Below are positions 34,181 to 46,502 of a DNA stretch of 64,000 nt, piece after piece (the stretch's first letter is position 1; the number at the start of each line of letters is the position of its first letter). The stretch spans positions 1 to 64,000 of the forward strand of contig JAADVB010000064.1 in the NCBI GenBank assembly GCA_023334545.1. The letters are read 5' to 3'. The notes under the pieces were generated by a model. That model was not told the DNA's origin. It was given only the letters and a program-made list of their open reading frames with translations, and did not search any database. The DNA is from Salisapilia sapeloensis CBS 127946 (taxonomy: Eukaryota > Protista > Oomycota). Both the position numbers and the translations under genes were made by a program.

Positions 34181-37100
34181 CATTGAACAAAATACCCTCG
34201 ATTAAAGCATAAAGCAATATGTATTGTTCTTTTGATGATTTTTCTTCATTAGCATGCTGAAACTACAATTTCTTCGATGGTACTAAATTTCGATCTGCTT
34301 TGCTTTTCTAATTTGGAACAGCAGCACTAGACACAACACGAAGAATAGATTCGATAGGATTTTAAATTACTAGTCATTTTACTGAAAGTAGTGACTTTAG
34401 ATCCATGACAAATCTTTCTATTACCCTTTATTTTTCCTACTCTCTATTTAGCCTCTTATGGCGAATTGCAGGTGTGTTGCTTAAGAGAAATGGAAAGTGT
34501 ATTAGAAAGTTATAAAGCCTGCGGTCGTTTCTATTGCGTCTCCTCGTTGCTCTCCTGCTTTGCAAATGCATCTGTGTTGAAACCTCTCTGCATGTACCCG
34601 TCCCATACCCTAAAGATATCGAATATATTCTCACTTCCATTTCAACTTGACTTCAACTTACCTTCAACGTATCCTTGGATCTGGAGCTCATGCTCCCCCT
34701 CATCCCTCGTGGGTCTTGGTATTTTAACACTAACAGAAGGTAAGGTACATCGATCTCGGGTTAGCTAAGATTGCTAACTTCATCATCACACTCTACCCCT
34801 GTTTCGCCCTACCGGCCCCGCTGCATACTACACAAAATGCTGGGGTTAACTTTGTTGTTATGAGTATAAAAAAGGTAGACTCCTAAATTCCTAAGATCAA
34901 TGTTAAACGCACTTACGAAGATAAAGATACAGGTAGAAGACGTGAAAAGTTTACATGTCATTTCGCTCGAGTAAATTCCGGACGCTCAATACTATGCGAA
35001 TGCCCACTAAGATTCCTACTACTCTAAAGTATCCTGCTCGGCTTTCCTGTAGTCTTCATTTCGAAGAATATCATCGAGAGCTTATAAGTATCTACTTTGC
35101 GGCTTATGCAAAAGCTCAAGCTTTTTACATAGGGCAACGTAGCAGTCGTGGGTCATAAATTACAAGACTACAGTCGATCAACCGCACTTAAAATGCAACC
35201 TCTGTTTACACAAAGCCTTTACCTTGGCTACTGAAGCGCGGACAACGAATATTCGGAGCAAGTTCCAGATATAGCTGAGACCAGTTGGATGCACGACACG
35301 CTGGGTCGGAAACATCAAGTCAGAGCGATGGTCTCTCGGTATCCCTCCAAATTTTGGACACATCAAACGCGCGCGTGTAATACCCATTCTGCTTTGCATC
35401 TAGTCAAGCGAGCATAACGCATGCTCTCGTAGAAGGTAACATGAAAATCAAATGCGATATTGAGTGACAACTGTGGTACAGCTAGAAGTTTGATTGACAC
35501 TCGAAGTCGCTAGATGTAATATATACATGCAAATATTTGATCTGCTTATAAACTCTTGAGTATTCTCATCGAAACCCAAAAAGGTTGTTTATGTTGTAGG
35601 TTGGCGAGTCAAATTGCTTGTACGGAAATGCTGATGCAGCACCAAATGCAGATTGAAGCCGAGCTATGGTATACCACGTGCGACAAATATGAACTTCGTG
35701 ACTTGCACTGAAATACTTTCAAGCTATTGTCACAGACGTCCAGCGAGATAGATGCTCTATTCGTGGTATCGTACTAATAGTTTTGGCACGCTTCGTGATT
35801 TGCATTTGGTGCAACTTGATAGCTCATCAAGCTTCCAACTCTGCTTCTGTATTTATCAGAATGCCACAAGAAAGTCATTTGAAGCAAAAAACTGGAAAAG
35901 TCATATTTCTGAGGAAGTTCATGAAGAAAGATTGAGGCTATATGTTTCCTAAATTTGGCAAAGTATGTGATTACCAACTCGAATCTTTCATCCGCTGGTC
36001 AATACCACCAGCCACCTGTAATTGCCACTCGACAGCACGGCTTTCAACAGTAAAAGTTATCAATAACGTTTTGAAATGCCTTAGCTCTACCTTGATCTAT
36101 AGGCATCAAAAGTACCACCCTTTAATATATGGCACGAAGTACCTCCGCCGATGGATTTTAACAGCTTTGCCAGAGTCTAGTATATAAACGCGGTGTTCGT
36201 TGCATCCAATAAGGCAAGAGCTTCGAAGTTATTTCTGCAATCTTCCAAGCTTTAGATGCCCTGTACTCGAAGCCTCATTGCCATGCCGAAGCACTTGTCT
36301 GTCGTGCGACAGCACTGCAACATCCTCTAGAAACCTAAATTAGCTTCTATTCCACATGATCCTTATTTGGTAAGCTATAAGAAATGGAAAGTGGCCACAG
36401 AGTTTGCGAACTGTTTCACTTTTAATGCACTTTTAAATGAGAACCAACTATCAAAATAAAAGCTTGCGCTCATATAGTGTGAAACTATACATGGTGCTTG
36501 TCATGGAAGGCGATAGCACCTTATCCTTTTATATCGACGCTTAACAACTTTCTTGATTCATGCGCCATACGGTATTCCAGTGATCATTTATAGGTCTGAG
36601 CTAACTGACCCTTGCTCACTTAAAAAACATTGACTCGAGTACTAGAGGAAATGGTGCTCGCTATTTAATCATAAATCCATTGTCGAGCTCCTACAACGAA
36701 TGTAGCGCATGAATTAATGGAGCACTTACGCGAAGACAGTTCCAATTTAAGTTTGCAACGTTGATATGGTGACCCATTTGAACTCGACGCGAATGTAGCA
36801 TAAGGATAAGCAGCTTGTATTTAAGAAATTACAAACTATCATGCGTTCGACCAAGTCATGCTTTGCATGACATTGCAGTGCTACGCTACAGTAAGTAATG
36901 ATCACCAGATTGGATCAGAGGCACTTCGGATAAGTAGCAAGATGCGAATTCAAGGACGTGAAAATGTGCTCTATATTTCCTTTCGCGCAGACACTTGAGC
37001 TCACATCGGGCTATTGAATAATTTATGGTTCTTTAAATATACCCTCGTTTTCTTCCCACCATTGGCATCGCCTTTTGCTTCGATAGCGCCTGACTAGCAT

Positions 37101-37302
37101 CGATCAACAACTCCATAAAGAACTGATGTTACACGATGAGCAGAAAGATAGGTGTCATTCGATGGCTACAATTCACGCCTGAATCACATCGCTAGATGCT
37201 CACATTGATCTGCTGTCTCATTAACGATCTGTTCCGTCAAAGCTCATTGACAGCTTAACGCTTTTCATTTTTAAATTAGCCTCCTTCGAAACACTTAAGA
37301 GC

Positions 37303-38085
37303 ATGAAGACCTTTATCGCATCGACCGTTGCTTTCTTTGCAGCGACCGCTTCCGCAGACGACTTGTGGATGCTCCCGAAAGCGTTGCCGGTTGGTGTTGA
37401 CATCGAGTCCTTTGCCCCTGTCTTTGACTTCGACAGCGACTCGTGCCTTCCTAGCTCCGCCATCGACCCCTTCGGCAAGGTCAACGGAGGCCTTAAACCA
37501 ACTGGCAGTATCACTGGAGGCTGCCGTCATGACGGCTTCATGAAGCTGTCGAACACCTATCATCGATATGCATGCCATAAAGAAGCCGATGACGTCTACT
37601 GCTCCCACTTCTACGGACTCTATTTCCTGAAGGACCAGTGCCTTAACGGTATTCGTTGTGGTCACCGTCATGACTTTGAAAAGGTAGCTGTGTGGACCAA
37701 GAATGGAGATGTGACGGCCGTCAGTGCAAGTGCCCATTCCGGCATGGATACGAAGCCGATTAACGAAGTGCCAATGGAGGGCACCCACCCGAAGATCGTC
37801 TACCACAAGGACGGCATTTCTACTCACGCTTTCCGCTTCGCCAAGACGAATGAAGGTGCAGAGAATCCGGAAGGTGCCTTTGTCACGCCAGATATTACTA
37901 GCTGGACAGTCATGACTGGCGAGACAGTTGACAATGCTTATCTCCGTGAAACGTTTGACACGTACGACTTTGGAAGTGCCAACTTCATTGCGCGTACCAA
38001 CGCTTTCGTGGACCAGATCAACAAAAACCGTCCTAGCGACTACCCTGAGTTTGTGGCTGAAGATATGGACAATCTTCAGAATTAA
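37303..38085 (+). CDS. Nep1-like protein (NLP/NPP1 family), type-2-like
   Basis: Signal peptide, PVFDFDSDSC, GGC, FYGLYFLKD, heptapeptide GHRHDFE, KIVYHKDG, TH.FRFA. Confidence 0.95.
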   Translation: MKTFIASTVAFFAATASADDLWMLPKALPVGVDIESFAPVFDFDSDSCLPSSAIDPFGKVNGGLKPTGSITGGCRHDGFMKLSNTYHRYACHKEADDVYCSHFYGLYFLKDQCLNGIRCGHRHDFEKVAVWTKNGDVTAVSASAHSGMDTKPINEVPMEGTHPKIVYHKDGISTHAFRFAKTNEGAENPEGAFVTPDITSWTVMTGETVDNAYLRETFDTYDFGSANFIARTNAFVDQINKNRPSDYPEFVAEDMDNLQN

Positions 38086-38523
38086 ATACTCTGTTCGATT
38101 GCCGTTCCTGCCGTCAGCATAATATCGAGACTTTCTGTCCAATGTGCGCAAGGTCTGCTACGCTGTGAATAGTGACCGTGCTAAGTTCCAAGAGCAACGA
38201 ACTTCATTTTTCAATCGTATTACTTGTTCGGCTTGCATCGAATGAATAAATTCTGGTCAGGTTAAATAAAACGTTGACTATGTACAAGCATCGAAGCAAT
38301 TCTTCACACTTATTCCGCTCTTCACTTATACGCATGGACACATTCGCTGGCGTCTTTGCTGTTGAACCGACTCAATGCTTTGTAAAACCAATTTGACTGC
38401 TCTGAACAATAACATGCCAATTGCCAATTATCTCCCATTTCTTTATGAAGTTGTATTTCTTTTATATGGCCTTCCTCGAGTGTGTACATTGCTAACTGAA
38501 CATTCAGAAATGAGCTTGCGAGC

Positions 38524-41061
38524 TTATCGTGAGCATCCAAGCCACGCCTCTTCTTCTGGATCGCAAGGTGACCCAACACCCAACTCAATTTGCTTCTTGC
38601 GAAATTTCACGAATACTTCGTCAGTCGAGCAAAAAATGGCGCGCATTCGAGACGGGTAGCAGATACCAGGGTAGACCGTGGACGTATTGGTGTACGGCAC
38701 TGTTATCTGGCATTCCTTGTACATTGTCCCATTGCATATCTCAATACTCTCTTTCGTTGGTGGCAACGTGGTTAAATCCACTCCACTTTGAGGAAGATTA
38801 CAGATGCTATAGCTATGCGTGTTTAGCAGTTTAAGTGTAGCCGGTGTTGCCTTGAGCGGCGAAGCTTCGTCCAAGCATTGAGATGGAGGCGCTCCACTAA
38901 CAGGATCGCCTCTGCAGTAAGGGTGAGTAAGATCACAATCTCCCATAAACCCATTGCAGCATAAAGGAGCAGTTAATCCGATGACAAAGCTTGAGAGCTC
39001 GCCGACAGGGCTCATGTCGGGGAGGCTGATCAAGCGTGGGGCGTATCCAATCACAAAGTTTTCCAGTCTGTGCATACTTGCGAATGAAGGTAGCTGCTCC
39101 AGCTTGAACACAAAAGCGACAACTATATATCGAAGATGTGTCGAATCTTCCAAGGTTGGGATAGCTGGTAGATTGGGATGCAGACCGAGATGGAAATATG
39201 TAAGCCACTCTTTCCCTTTCATCGCGTTCTCGTCGATTTTAATAAGATTAGTGTCCATTGTCTTTCCTTCCACTTGCCTGTGGCATCAACAAGCAGATAG
39301 CATGAGTTGTCGGTGGTAGATGGTAGTGGTAACTTATACTTACATAATCTCCAGATTTTTTAGCTTACCAAACCAATCTGGAAGTTCCGTCACGCCAGTA
39401 TACATCAAATACCTACGAATAATTGTGAGCTCATCTTTATTCTACCGACGTCTATATATGCATCGTGATTACAATATTTTTAGCTGCGTGCAGTACTGGA
39501 GTTCTTTTGGCAATACCTCCAGTCGACGATTCATAATCATTATGATCTGGAGGTCACGAGACTTAGCCAATTCTTTTACAGCAGCAGAGATGTCCTTTGG
39601 CTCGATCCATTCTTCATACGACTTAATTGCCGGGTCCACATCCACAAGACCAATACAAGGGCAAGATTCCATCGATTCATACCGATAAGCGTACATGACG
39701 CACTCAGGATGCGGTTCGCAGATGGCATTCGTTCTTTCAATTGCAGTCATTGGCACGTATATAGAGAGAACAGACATGACAAGGAACAAGGCAGCTACCA
39801 CCTTTGGCACCCGTGTCTGCTTTCTTCTCTTGACAGCATCTTTTGCCTCTAAGCAATGCTCTTGAATATGTGCCTTGTGTTTTAGGATTTCTGTCAATCT
39901 CTGGAGACGATAACAAAACGCCAAATTGATGCTGATCTGGATGATATAATCCATGACAGAAGTAATTCGTTGATTGTCGAAGCTCATTCGAAATCGTGTG
40001 ACCTGTATTGGATCTGAGTGTAGACGTATGACTCGATCGAACGCCCCAGGCCCGAACGCACTATTACGAAGTTCAAGCATACCGTGATCCAAATTCAGCT
40101 TATAATAGGCAAAAACCATGGATGCTATAGGAAATCCAACTGCGATCATCATATCGAAGCTACGTCCAAATGCATATGGTCCTTTAGGATCGATCAAATG
40201 ACTACTAAAGCGATAGCTTTACGTACACAGAGTCAAGTACCACTTCCGAAAAGGCTGAAATGTCTTTACCAAAGAGAATCAAAGTAGCACAAGATAGTGA
40301 ATTGGCCGATACTAGCACTCCGCAGCAGTAGATCAACTCCGTCGGAGAGCCACTTTCCATCATGCGATATTGTGTGATCGACTGCATTATTAAGTCCCCG
40401 GATTTAAGGAGCACATTCTAAAGCCATCCACACCAAGCAATTAATAATGATATCAATCATAACAATGGTAAGTACTTACCCAAACTCGGCGATACTTGCC
40501 CTCGTATCCAGTGACACTACTCCATACTTGGCGAATTAAAGACTTCCTATTTTCTTTTGAGCTCAAAAGAAGTTGTCCAACTGTGAAGTCACAGGAAGCT
40601 ACCGAAGCCACATTCGATTTCTTCTTGACTGCTATGGGTCGATCTTTAATCACAAGGAGTCGAAGCACATACATGTAGCACAGAATCAAAAACGACAAGG
40701 TTCCAACTATAATTGCCTTGAATGGTGTATTGGGCTCGACAATCATCCAAAACTCTCCATTATCGTACTCTTCCGTACTTGCAAGTCTGTTGGCTGTATA
40801 ATTTGGATCGGTGTTCAAAAAGACCAGCCATAGTGTCCACAACAAGGAAATGCTGGTAATCAGAACAAGGGGAATGCCGTATCGACCAAAGGTCTGGAAG
40901 AATGATGATTGCAGTACTACAAAATCCTCTGGACCGCTTAAACTTCGTCTCAACTGAGATGTAGTTGTCGGAACGCCTTCGTTCACTGAGGTCTCATCAT
41001 TGAATGGGACAACAGAATTTGAGGGGATCGTTTCTTTTGGATCATCCACAACTTTTGACAT
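38524..41061 (-). CDS. Multi-TM plus LRR protein with C-terminal WLGC motif, 5 exons
   Basis: GT-AG introns join the ORF pieces in frame; TM segments, LRRs (LEVLPKELQYCTQL, VTELPDWFGKLKNL), Cys-rich tail ending CDPEEEAWLGCSR. Confidence 0.85.
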
Positions 41062-42562
41062 GGTGTTGGGAGAGCTGTCAAGATAATCCAGGCAAGAAGC
41101 TTGTGAGCGACCTGCTACAATCTATTCTCTAACAATGACGAGATATATTTACACAGACGAAACGGACGACTATTTTAGCACACTCGCTGAAACGTTCGAG
41201 ATCTTACCTTGGTTACCCCAACGCGGGTGCTAATTCCAGTTGTTAATGGCCACGTAAGAGCCAACGCTTTTACCCCATTCGTATCTTGCTATTCGTCATG
41301 TGAAATAAAGTCGTCGTACGATGACCGATCCAATGCATTCTCGTTTTTCTTGTATTCTATTTGAGAAAAATGGAGGATTCTGAGTGCAGAGGGAGATGCA
41401 AGCGTCTATTAGGCCAAACACTTACTCTGTTTAGTGACGTACTAAGAGATATACACGGTTGCCGACAAAATAAACTACTTACGGCTATAGAACCTCGCAG
41501 GATATATATGTCATCTCTCTGTAACAATCTCGAAGATCGAATGCTATTTGGAAGGATGGATTAAGTTTACTTGTCAACCGTACATATGACACCTGCAGAC
41601 AACAGGGCTTTTAATCGAGATTTTCTGTATCAAAAGAGTAGCTAATAGTAGGCTAGATATAGCTAGTTCATCGCGTTTGAGATTTTAGATTTTAGTATGA
41701 TCGACCTCGAAGGATAGATTCATCTATCTTTGGTAAGCGGTAGCCGATGCTATAGTCCGATAAAATTGAACTTTGCCGCGTATTTGACTTTATTAAAAGC
41801 GTCGATAGCGCATCAGAGCCATCTTGTACTTTGGCATCGTTAGCATCAAGATCTATAGACATAATCTTTAGTAAAATTCATCTTCACGTCAATGCAGACA
41901 TAGTAGTTAGTATTAACAGTGCCTAGTTCATGTTAAGGACATGTGCGGACTTGTGTTTGAACTTCCTAAATGTTATCACGTCGCACAAAAAGATCAATCT
42001 TTTCCTTCTCAACGAAAGCTTACAAAAAGCTAGTTGGTCAAAATTGCAAATCCAAGCACTAGATTTAAACTACAAGTCACGATAATTTCCCAGCAGACCA
42101 ATCTTTAAGGGTGGATGCTATAATACAGTCCAAAGCTCATCATCTCGATCAAATCAAGTTACTACTTATATGTTCACGGTTTATTAAAAGTTAATACTTT
42201 GCTGTGGGCCAAGTTAAGAAAAATTGACCTATGTTTCGGTCTCCAATTCTGAGTTTGGGCTGGATCAAGTTGAAGTACACCCGACTCAGAAATCTCGTCA
42301 TGACAGCAAGCTTCGCAACTAATATGACTTCTACTTGGTCTAATCCACCACAGAAGCCAGATAATATATTCGTCCTGACAAAACAAGCGCACTCGAATTG
42401 CTATCGATGAAGAGGCATGGCGCGCAAGCTTCGGGTAGTGCGATCGAGACGAACGGATGTAAAGTGGTCACATTGCCCTGTCCATATGATGCGACCTTTC
42501 AGGATCTTTCAAACACATACTTGCAAATTGTGTACTGACACCACCAGACAAAGCGCTGCTAG

Positions 42563-43149
42563 ATGGAGGTACTCGAGGATCGCGAAAAACGACTTCGCGC
42601 TCGCATCGGCACGGCTAATCGAGAAGATGAAGAGCCTATACTGACTCGCTTACAATCTCTGGAAGCACAGTTGTACGACGTGACATCGAGGATCCCTGGC
42701 TACTACAGCCTCCATGAGAATTGTGCTGCTTATCTCTATGCTTCTAAAGACCATTCGCTCATCGCTCTCTAGACACATCGAACCAAGCTCTCTTGAATCA
42801 CCGATCCAGCCTACTCTCGTCTCATGCAGAAGAGGGAGATGCGATTAAAAGAGCGATTCTACTCACCTCCGAGTCCCAAGTTGAAGACTATGCGCACCAG
42901 CTACGCACGATCGACTCCCTCTCGCCGGTGCTAAATCATCTCCGATCCTTCCAGACGCAACTGCCCGAAATCCAATCTCAGATCCGTCGCACAAAGGACA
43001 CTGCGGATCACAACGCCGAGCAGGCGTTGCAACTGCATCGTCGCGTACAAGCTCTCGTGGGTACCTATCGCCTTATGATCCAAATCCTGTCGGAGAAATT
43101 GTCTGCAGCGCATGAAGCCGTCAGCGTCTTAGAAAGTCGAATCAGTTGA
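42563..43149 (+). CDS. Dynactin subunit 3 (p22/p24)-like coiled-coil protein, 2 exons
   Basis: 50-bp intron 42723-42772 (weak donor GTGCTG) joins two ORFs in frame. LEDREKRL...KRAILL.SE...L..L.PVL...V..LV..Y...ILSEKL pattern resembles DCTN3. Confidence 0.55.
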
Positions 43150-43496
43150 GAAAGGCGTTTTGCATGAGATATGATTCCTACTTTTTTTTAACAAGTCTAT
43201 GATTTCTACCATATCTTCCTGTCATCCACTAGCGACTGGATTAAGCTTAGGAAAAGATCCTTGCTGTCTGTCAGATGAACCTAGGTGGATACCACGTAGC
43301 GACTGGTGGCGTGTGCTCTCCAGTAATCCTACTCTACTCTTCGTCTTCGACCTTAGAAGGATGGGTGTAATTCTGATGAAGGGTAGGCGTGAAAAAATCC
43401 AGTAGCGTCCGATCGTATGATACATGGACGTGCCTTCGTCTCATTCTCCATTCGCCAGAGCTGTCACTCGATCTGAAGCAGCAGCAAGCTTAGATC

Positions 43497-45224
43497 ATGA
43501 GGGACTCTGCTGCTCGTCGACAGAAATCCGAGTGGCGACAGACCATCGCCGCCGGTGTCGCCATCGCCGGCTGCGTCATCGGGATCGTTGTGTCCTCCTC
43601 CTACCGGTACTATAAGCAGCAGGACGGACAGAGAGTCGGTCGAGAGCTCGAAGAGTCCTCCAACGCTACCCAGGCGGACGATGGATGTCCGCACTTGGAG
43701 TCGTGGGAAGTCAATGGTGGTATCGTTGCCTACATCGTCGGACTTGTCTATCTTTTCGTGGCACTCGCCATCGTTTGCGACGACTACTTCGTCTCTGCCT
43801 TGGAAAAAATCACTGAAGCGCTCAAGCTGTCGCAGGATGTGGCCGGCGCAACTTTCATGGCTGCTGGGTCGTCTGCGCCAGAACTCTTCGTCTCTCTCGC
43901 CGACAATGTCTTTCGGGAACCCAAGGAAAGTCTTGGCGTCGGCACCATCGTCGGCTCCGCTATCTTTAACATTCTCATCATCATCGCCCTCACGGCCTTG
44001 CTCGCAGGTCAGGTGCTCGAACTAGACTGGCGGCCGATGGTCCGAGACTCCTTGTGGTACATTGTCGCCATCATCGCGCTCATTGTCACCACTCACGATG
44101 GCGACGGAGACGTGTACGAGTCTGCTGTGCTCTTCATATTGTACATCCTGTATACGCTCTACATGGCTGTCAACGAACGTGTCATTAGCCTCTTTTGTCC
44201 TCGTCCGAGTGATGCTGCGCACACGACGCCTGAATCTGGCGACATGCAGGCCGAAAACAATGTCGAGTCGACCACTAACTGGGAGTCCGTCCCGGAGCTC
44301 GCGGCAGCTGACACCGAGTCCAAGGACCGGGCGCAACGCCACTGGGGCCTTGCGATCGCCCATGCCCAGGCATCCGCTCGTTCCCAACTGGAAGCACAGA
44401 ACCCTCAGACGTCCGCGACGCGCCAGTCGTGGTCGAAACTCATGTCGGATCTCGTGGAGCAAGGGTACTTGGCCCAGAACCCGATCCACTCGGCTCGACA
44501 CCGAGTCTTCCGAACGCCCGTGAGAAAAAACACGACCGGCGTGTCGTCCGAGATCATGTCGCAAGGCACAGTGGACGGTGCCGCGACTTTGGGGGAAGAG
44601 AGTCAAGTCGAGGGAGGGTACTTTAGTGACCTGACAGAAGTGCCTACGAGTATCCCAGGCAAGATATGGTTCGTCTTCACGCTTCCCATCAACCTCGCGT
44701 TCCGACTGACGATTCCCGACTGCCGATACCCTCGCTTCAGTGGGCCGTTGGGGTACTCTTCCAGCTTCATCCTTTCGATCGTTTGGATCGCCATTCTCTC
44801 CCACTTCACAGTGAAATGGGCGACCATGTTTGGATGCATCGCAGGCATCCCGTCGGCGCTCATGGGCCTCACGATCATCGCCGCCGGGACTTCCATCCCA
44901 GATGCGCTGTCCTCTGTCCTTGTGGCTCGTGCCGGACATGGCAACATGGCCGTGTCCAATGCCATTGGCAGCAACGTCTTTGACATTTTGCTCGGTCTCG
45001 GTCTCCCGTTCTTCTTGTCGAACCTCATCTACGACAAGTCGGTCGTGATCGACTCCGAAGACCTGCTGACGTCCATCATCATCCTTTTTTCCGTCCTGAT
45101 CCTAGTGCTGCTCGTACTGCTCGTTGGCAAGTGGAAGCTGTACCCATGGTCTGGAGGTATCCTGATCTTCCTCTATGTTCTGTATGTGATATACTCGTAC
45201 TTGCATGGACTCGGCATGCTATAA
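43497..45224 (+). CDS. K+-dependent Na+/Ca2+ exchanger (NCKX/SLC24-like)
   Basis: Alpha-1 GATFMAAGSSAPELF and GTIVGSAIFNIL; alpha-2 AAGTSIPD and SNAIGSNVFDI. Confidence 0.93.
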   Translation: MRDSAARRQKSEWRQTIAAGVAIAGCVIGIVVSSSYRYYKQQDGQRVGRELEESSNATQADDGCPHLESWEVNGGIVAYIVGLVYLFVALAIVCDDYFVSALEKITEALKLSQDVAGATFMAAGSSAPELFVSLADNVFREPKESLGVGTIVGSAIFNILIIIALTALLAGQVLELDWRPMVRDSLWYIVAIIALIVTTHDGDGDVYESAVLFILYILYTLYMAVNERVISLFCPRPSDAAHTTPESGDMQAENNVESTTNWESVPELAAADTESKDRAQRHWGLAIAHAQASARSQLEAQNPQTSATRQSWSKLMSDLVEQGYLAQNPIHSARHRVFRTPVRKNTTGVSSEIMSQGTVDGAATLGEESQVEGGYFSDLTEVPTSIPGKIWFVFTLPINLAFRLTIPDCRYPRFSGPLGYSSSFILSIVWIAILSHFTVKWATMFGCIAGIPSALMGLTIIAAGTSIPDALSSVLVARAGHGNMAVSNAIGSNVFDILLGLGLPFFLSNLIYDKSVVIDSEDLLTSIIILFSVLILVLLVLLVGKWKLYPWSGGILIFLYVLYVIYSYLHGLGML

Positions 45225-46502
45225 ACGATCGACGAAAGGATGGGAGACGCCAGTGGAAATAGGTGCTTTTTGATATTATCAACTCCAGTTATGCATGTCC
45301 AAACTACTTTGACCTTGTACGATTCTACTTGCTTTCTTTCATCCGTATCCTATCGATCTTCAACTAAGAGCAGGAGCTAGTCGTCCAGCAACACTTGCTG
45401 TGGGGTGGCCAGTCAGTGCGGCACGAGCGGAGAAAGAGTCTGGTGGGAAATCTTTTCTTTTCGTAAACGAAACGTCGAATCAACGATAGTGCCAAAAGGT
45501 GGACAGATAGAACGAGGTCGACGAAATGGTGACTGGACCAATCTGTCGCTTTATACATTGCCACCCGATTGGAGTCGCTCTCATGGACCGTGAGTTCGGA
45601 GATGCTCAGTAGGCTAACCATCGATATGGTAAAGCAGTACAAATCCCGCATGAAGCTTTGTTTGTGAGATCTTCCAAATAATCTTTTAGACAACCTGGGT
45701 TGACCCTCGTGCATGAAGTTGGATACATGACGGATGGTACGTCGATTGGAAACTTGGCACGTCGATTAGAACGGTCCAATAAACTATTTTTCTATTCAAG
45801 AAGCGTGCGGATATAGCCGTGGGTTGAATGCCGGTTGTGCGAGCAAGGATACTGATGGTATACAAAAAAGCTTATTCGCTTGAAGCCTGTCTTCTTAAAC
45901 GCGTTCCAGTACGAGTTCCGTTCTCAAGTTCGTTGAAGTAACGGTGCTCATCTTGTAGTTGAATCAAGGATTCGTTTGAAGCAAAACTATATACGTTTAA
46001 GGAAATGGCAAGTTTCGACCGAATGAAGCGGAAGACAGAACTGACCACTTTTGGGTCCGTGAATGCTAACGCCACCGAACAGCGTGACTCATTTGCAGTC
46101 TCATCTGGTCGAAACTTTTATGAACTGCACGATCTCTATCCACTCTTTATAATAGCAGACACGCAAAAGCTTTGGGCTGTGCTAGCATGGTATTTCAGAA
46201 GCACCTAGTAAGCAGGCAATGGGCGAGGTCGAGTATTCTTCCGAATGGATGTGAACTGAATCTCAGACACGGTGGCTGTTAAAGGTCGAGTCTTCAACGT
46301 CCATCTCGCGGAAACCTACGGTCCAGTTGTGTAGAAGAATAAGTGGCTGCAATTTGCGACTCGTGTATGATCACTCGATACAGGCAGCAAAGTCGCGGAA
46401 GCACACCTTGTTTATCGAAATATAGCACTGACAATTTATCCAGTTGCAATACTTCCCAGTCGAGTCCTCTCATTCTCAGACATTCCCCGTAGCACTCAAG
46501 TC

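Noticed and set aside
37276-38151. 291-aa minus-strand ORF
   Set aside because: Antisense to the NLP gene.
44022-44939. 305-aa minus-strand ORF
   Set aside because: Antisense to the NCKX gene, with no independent motifs.
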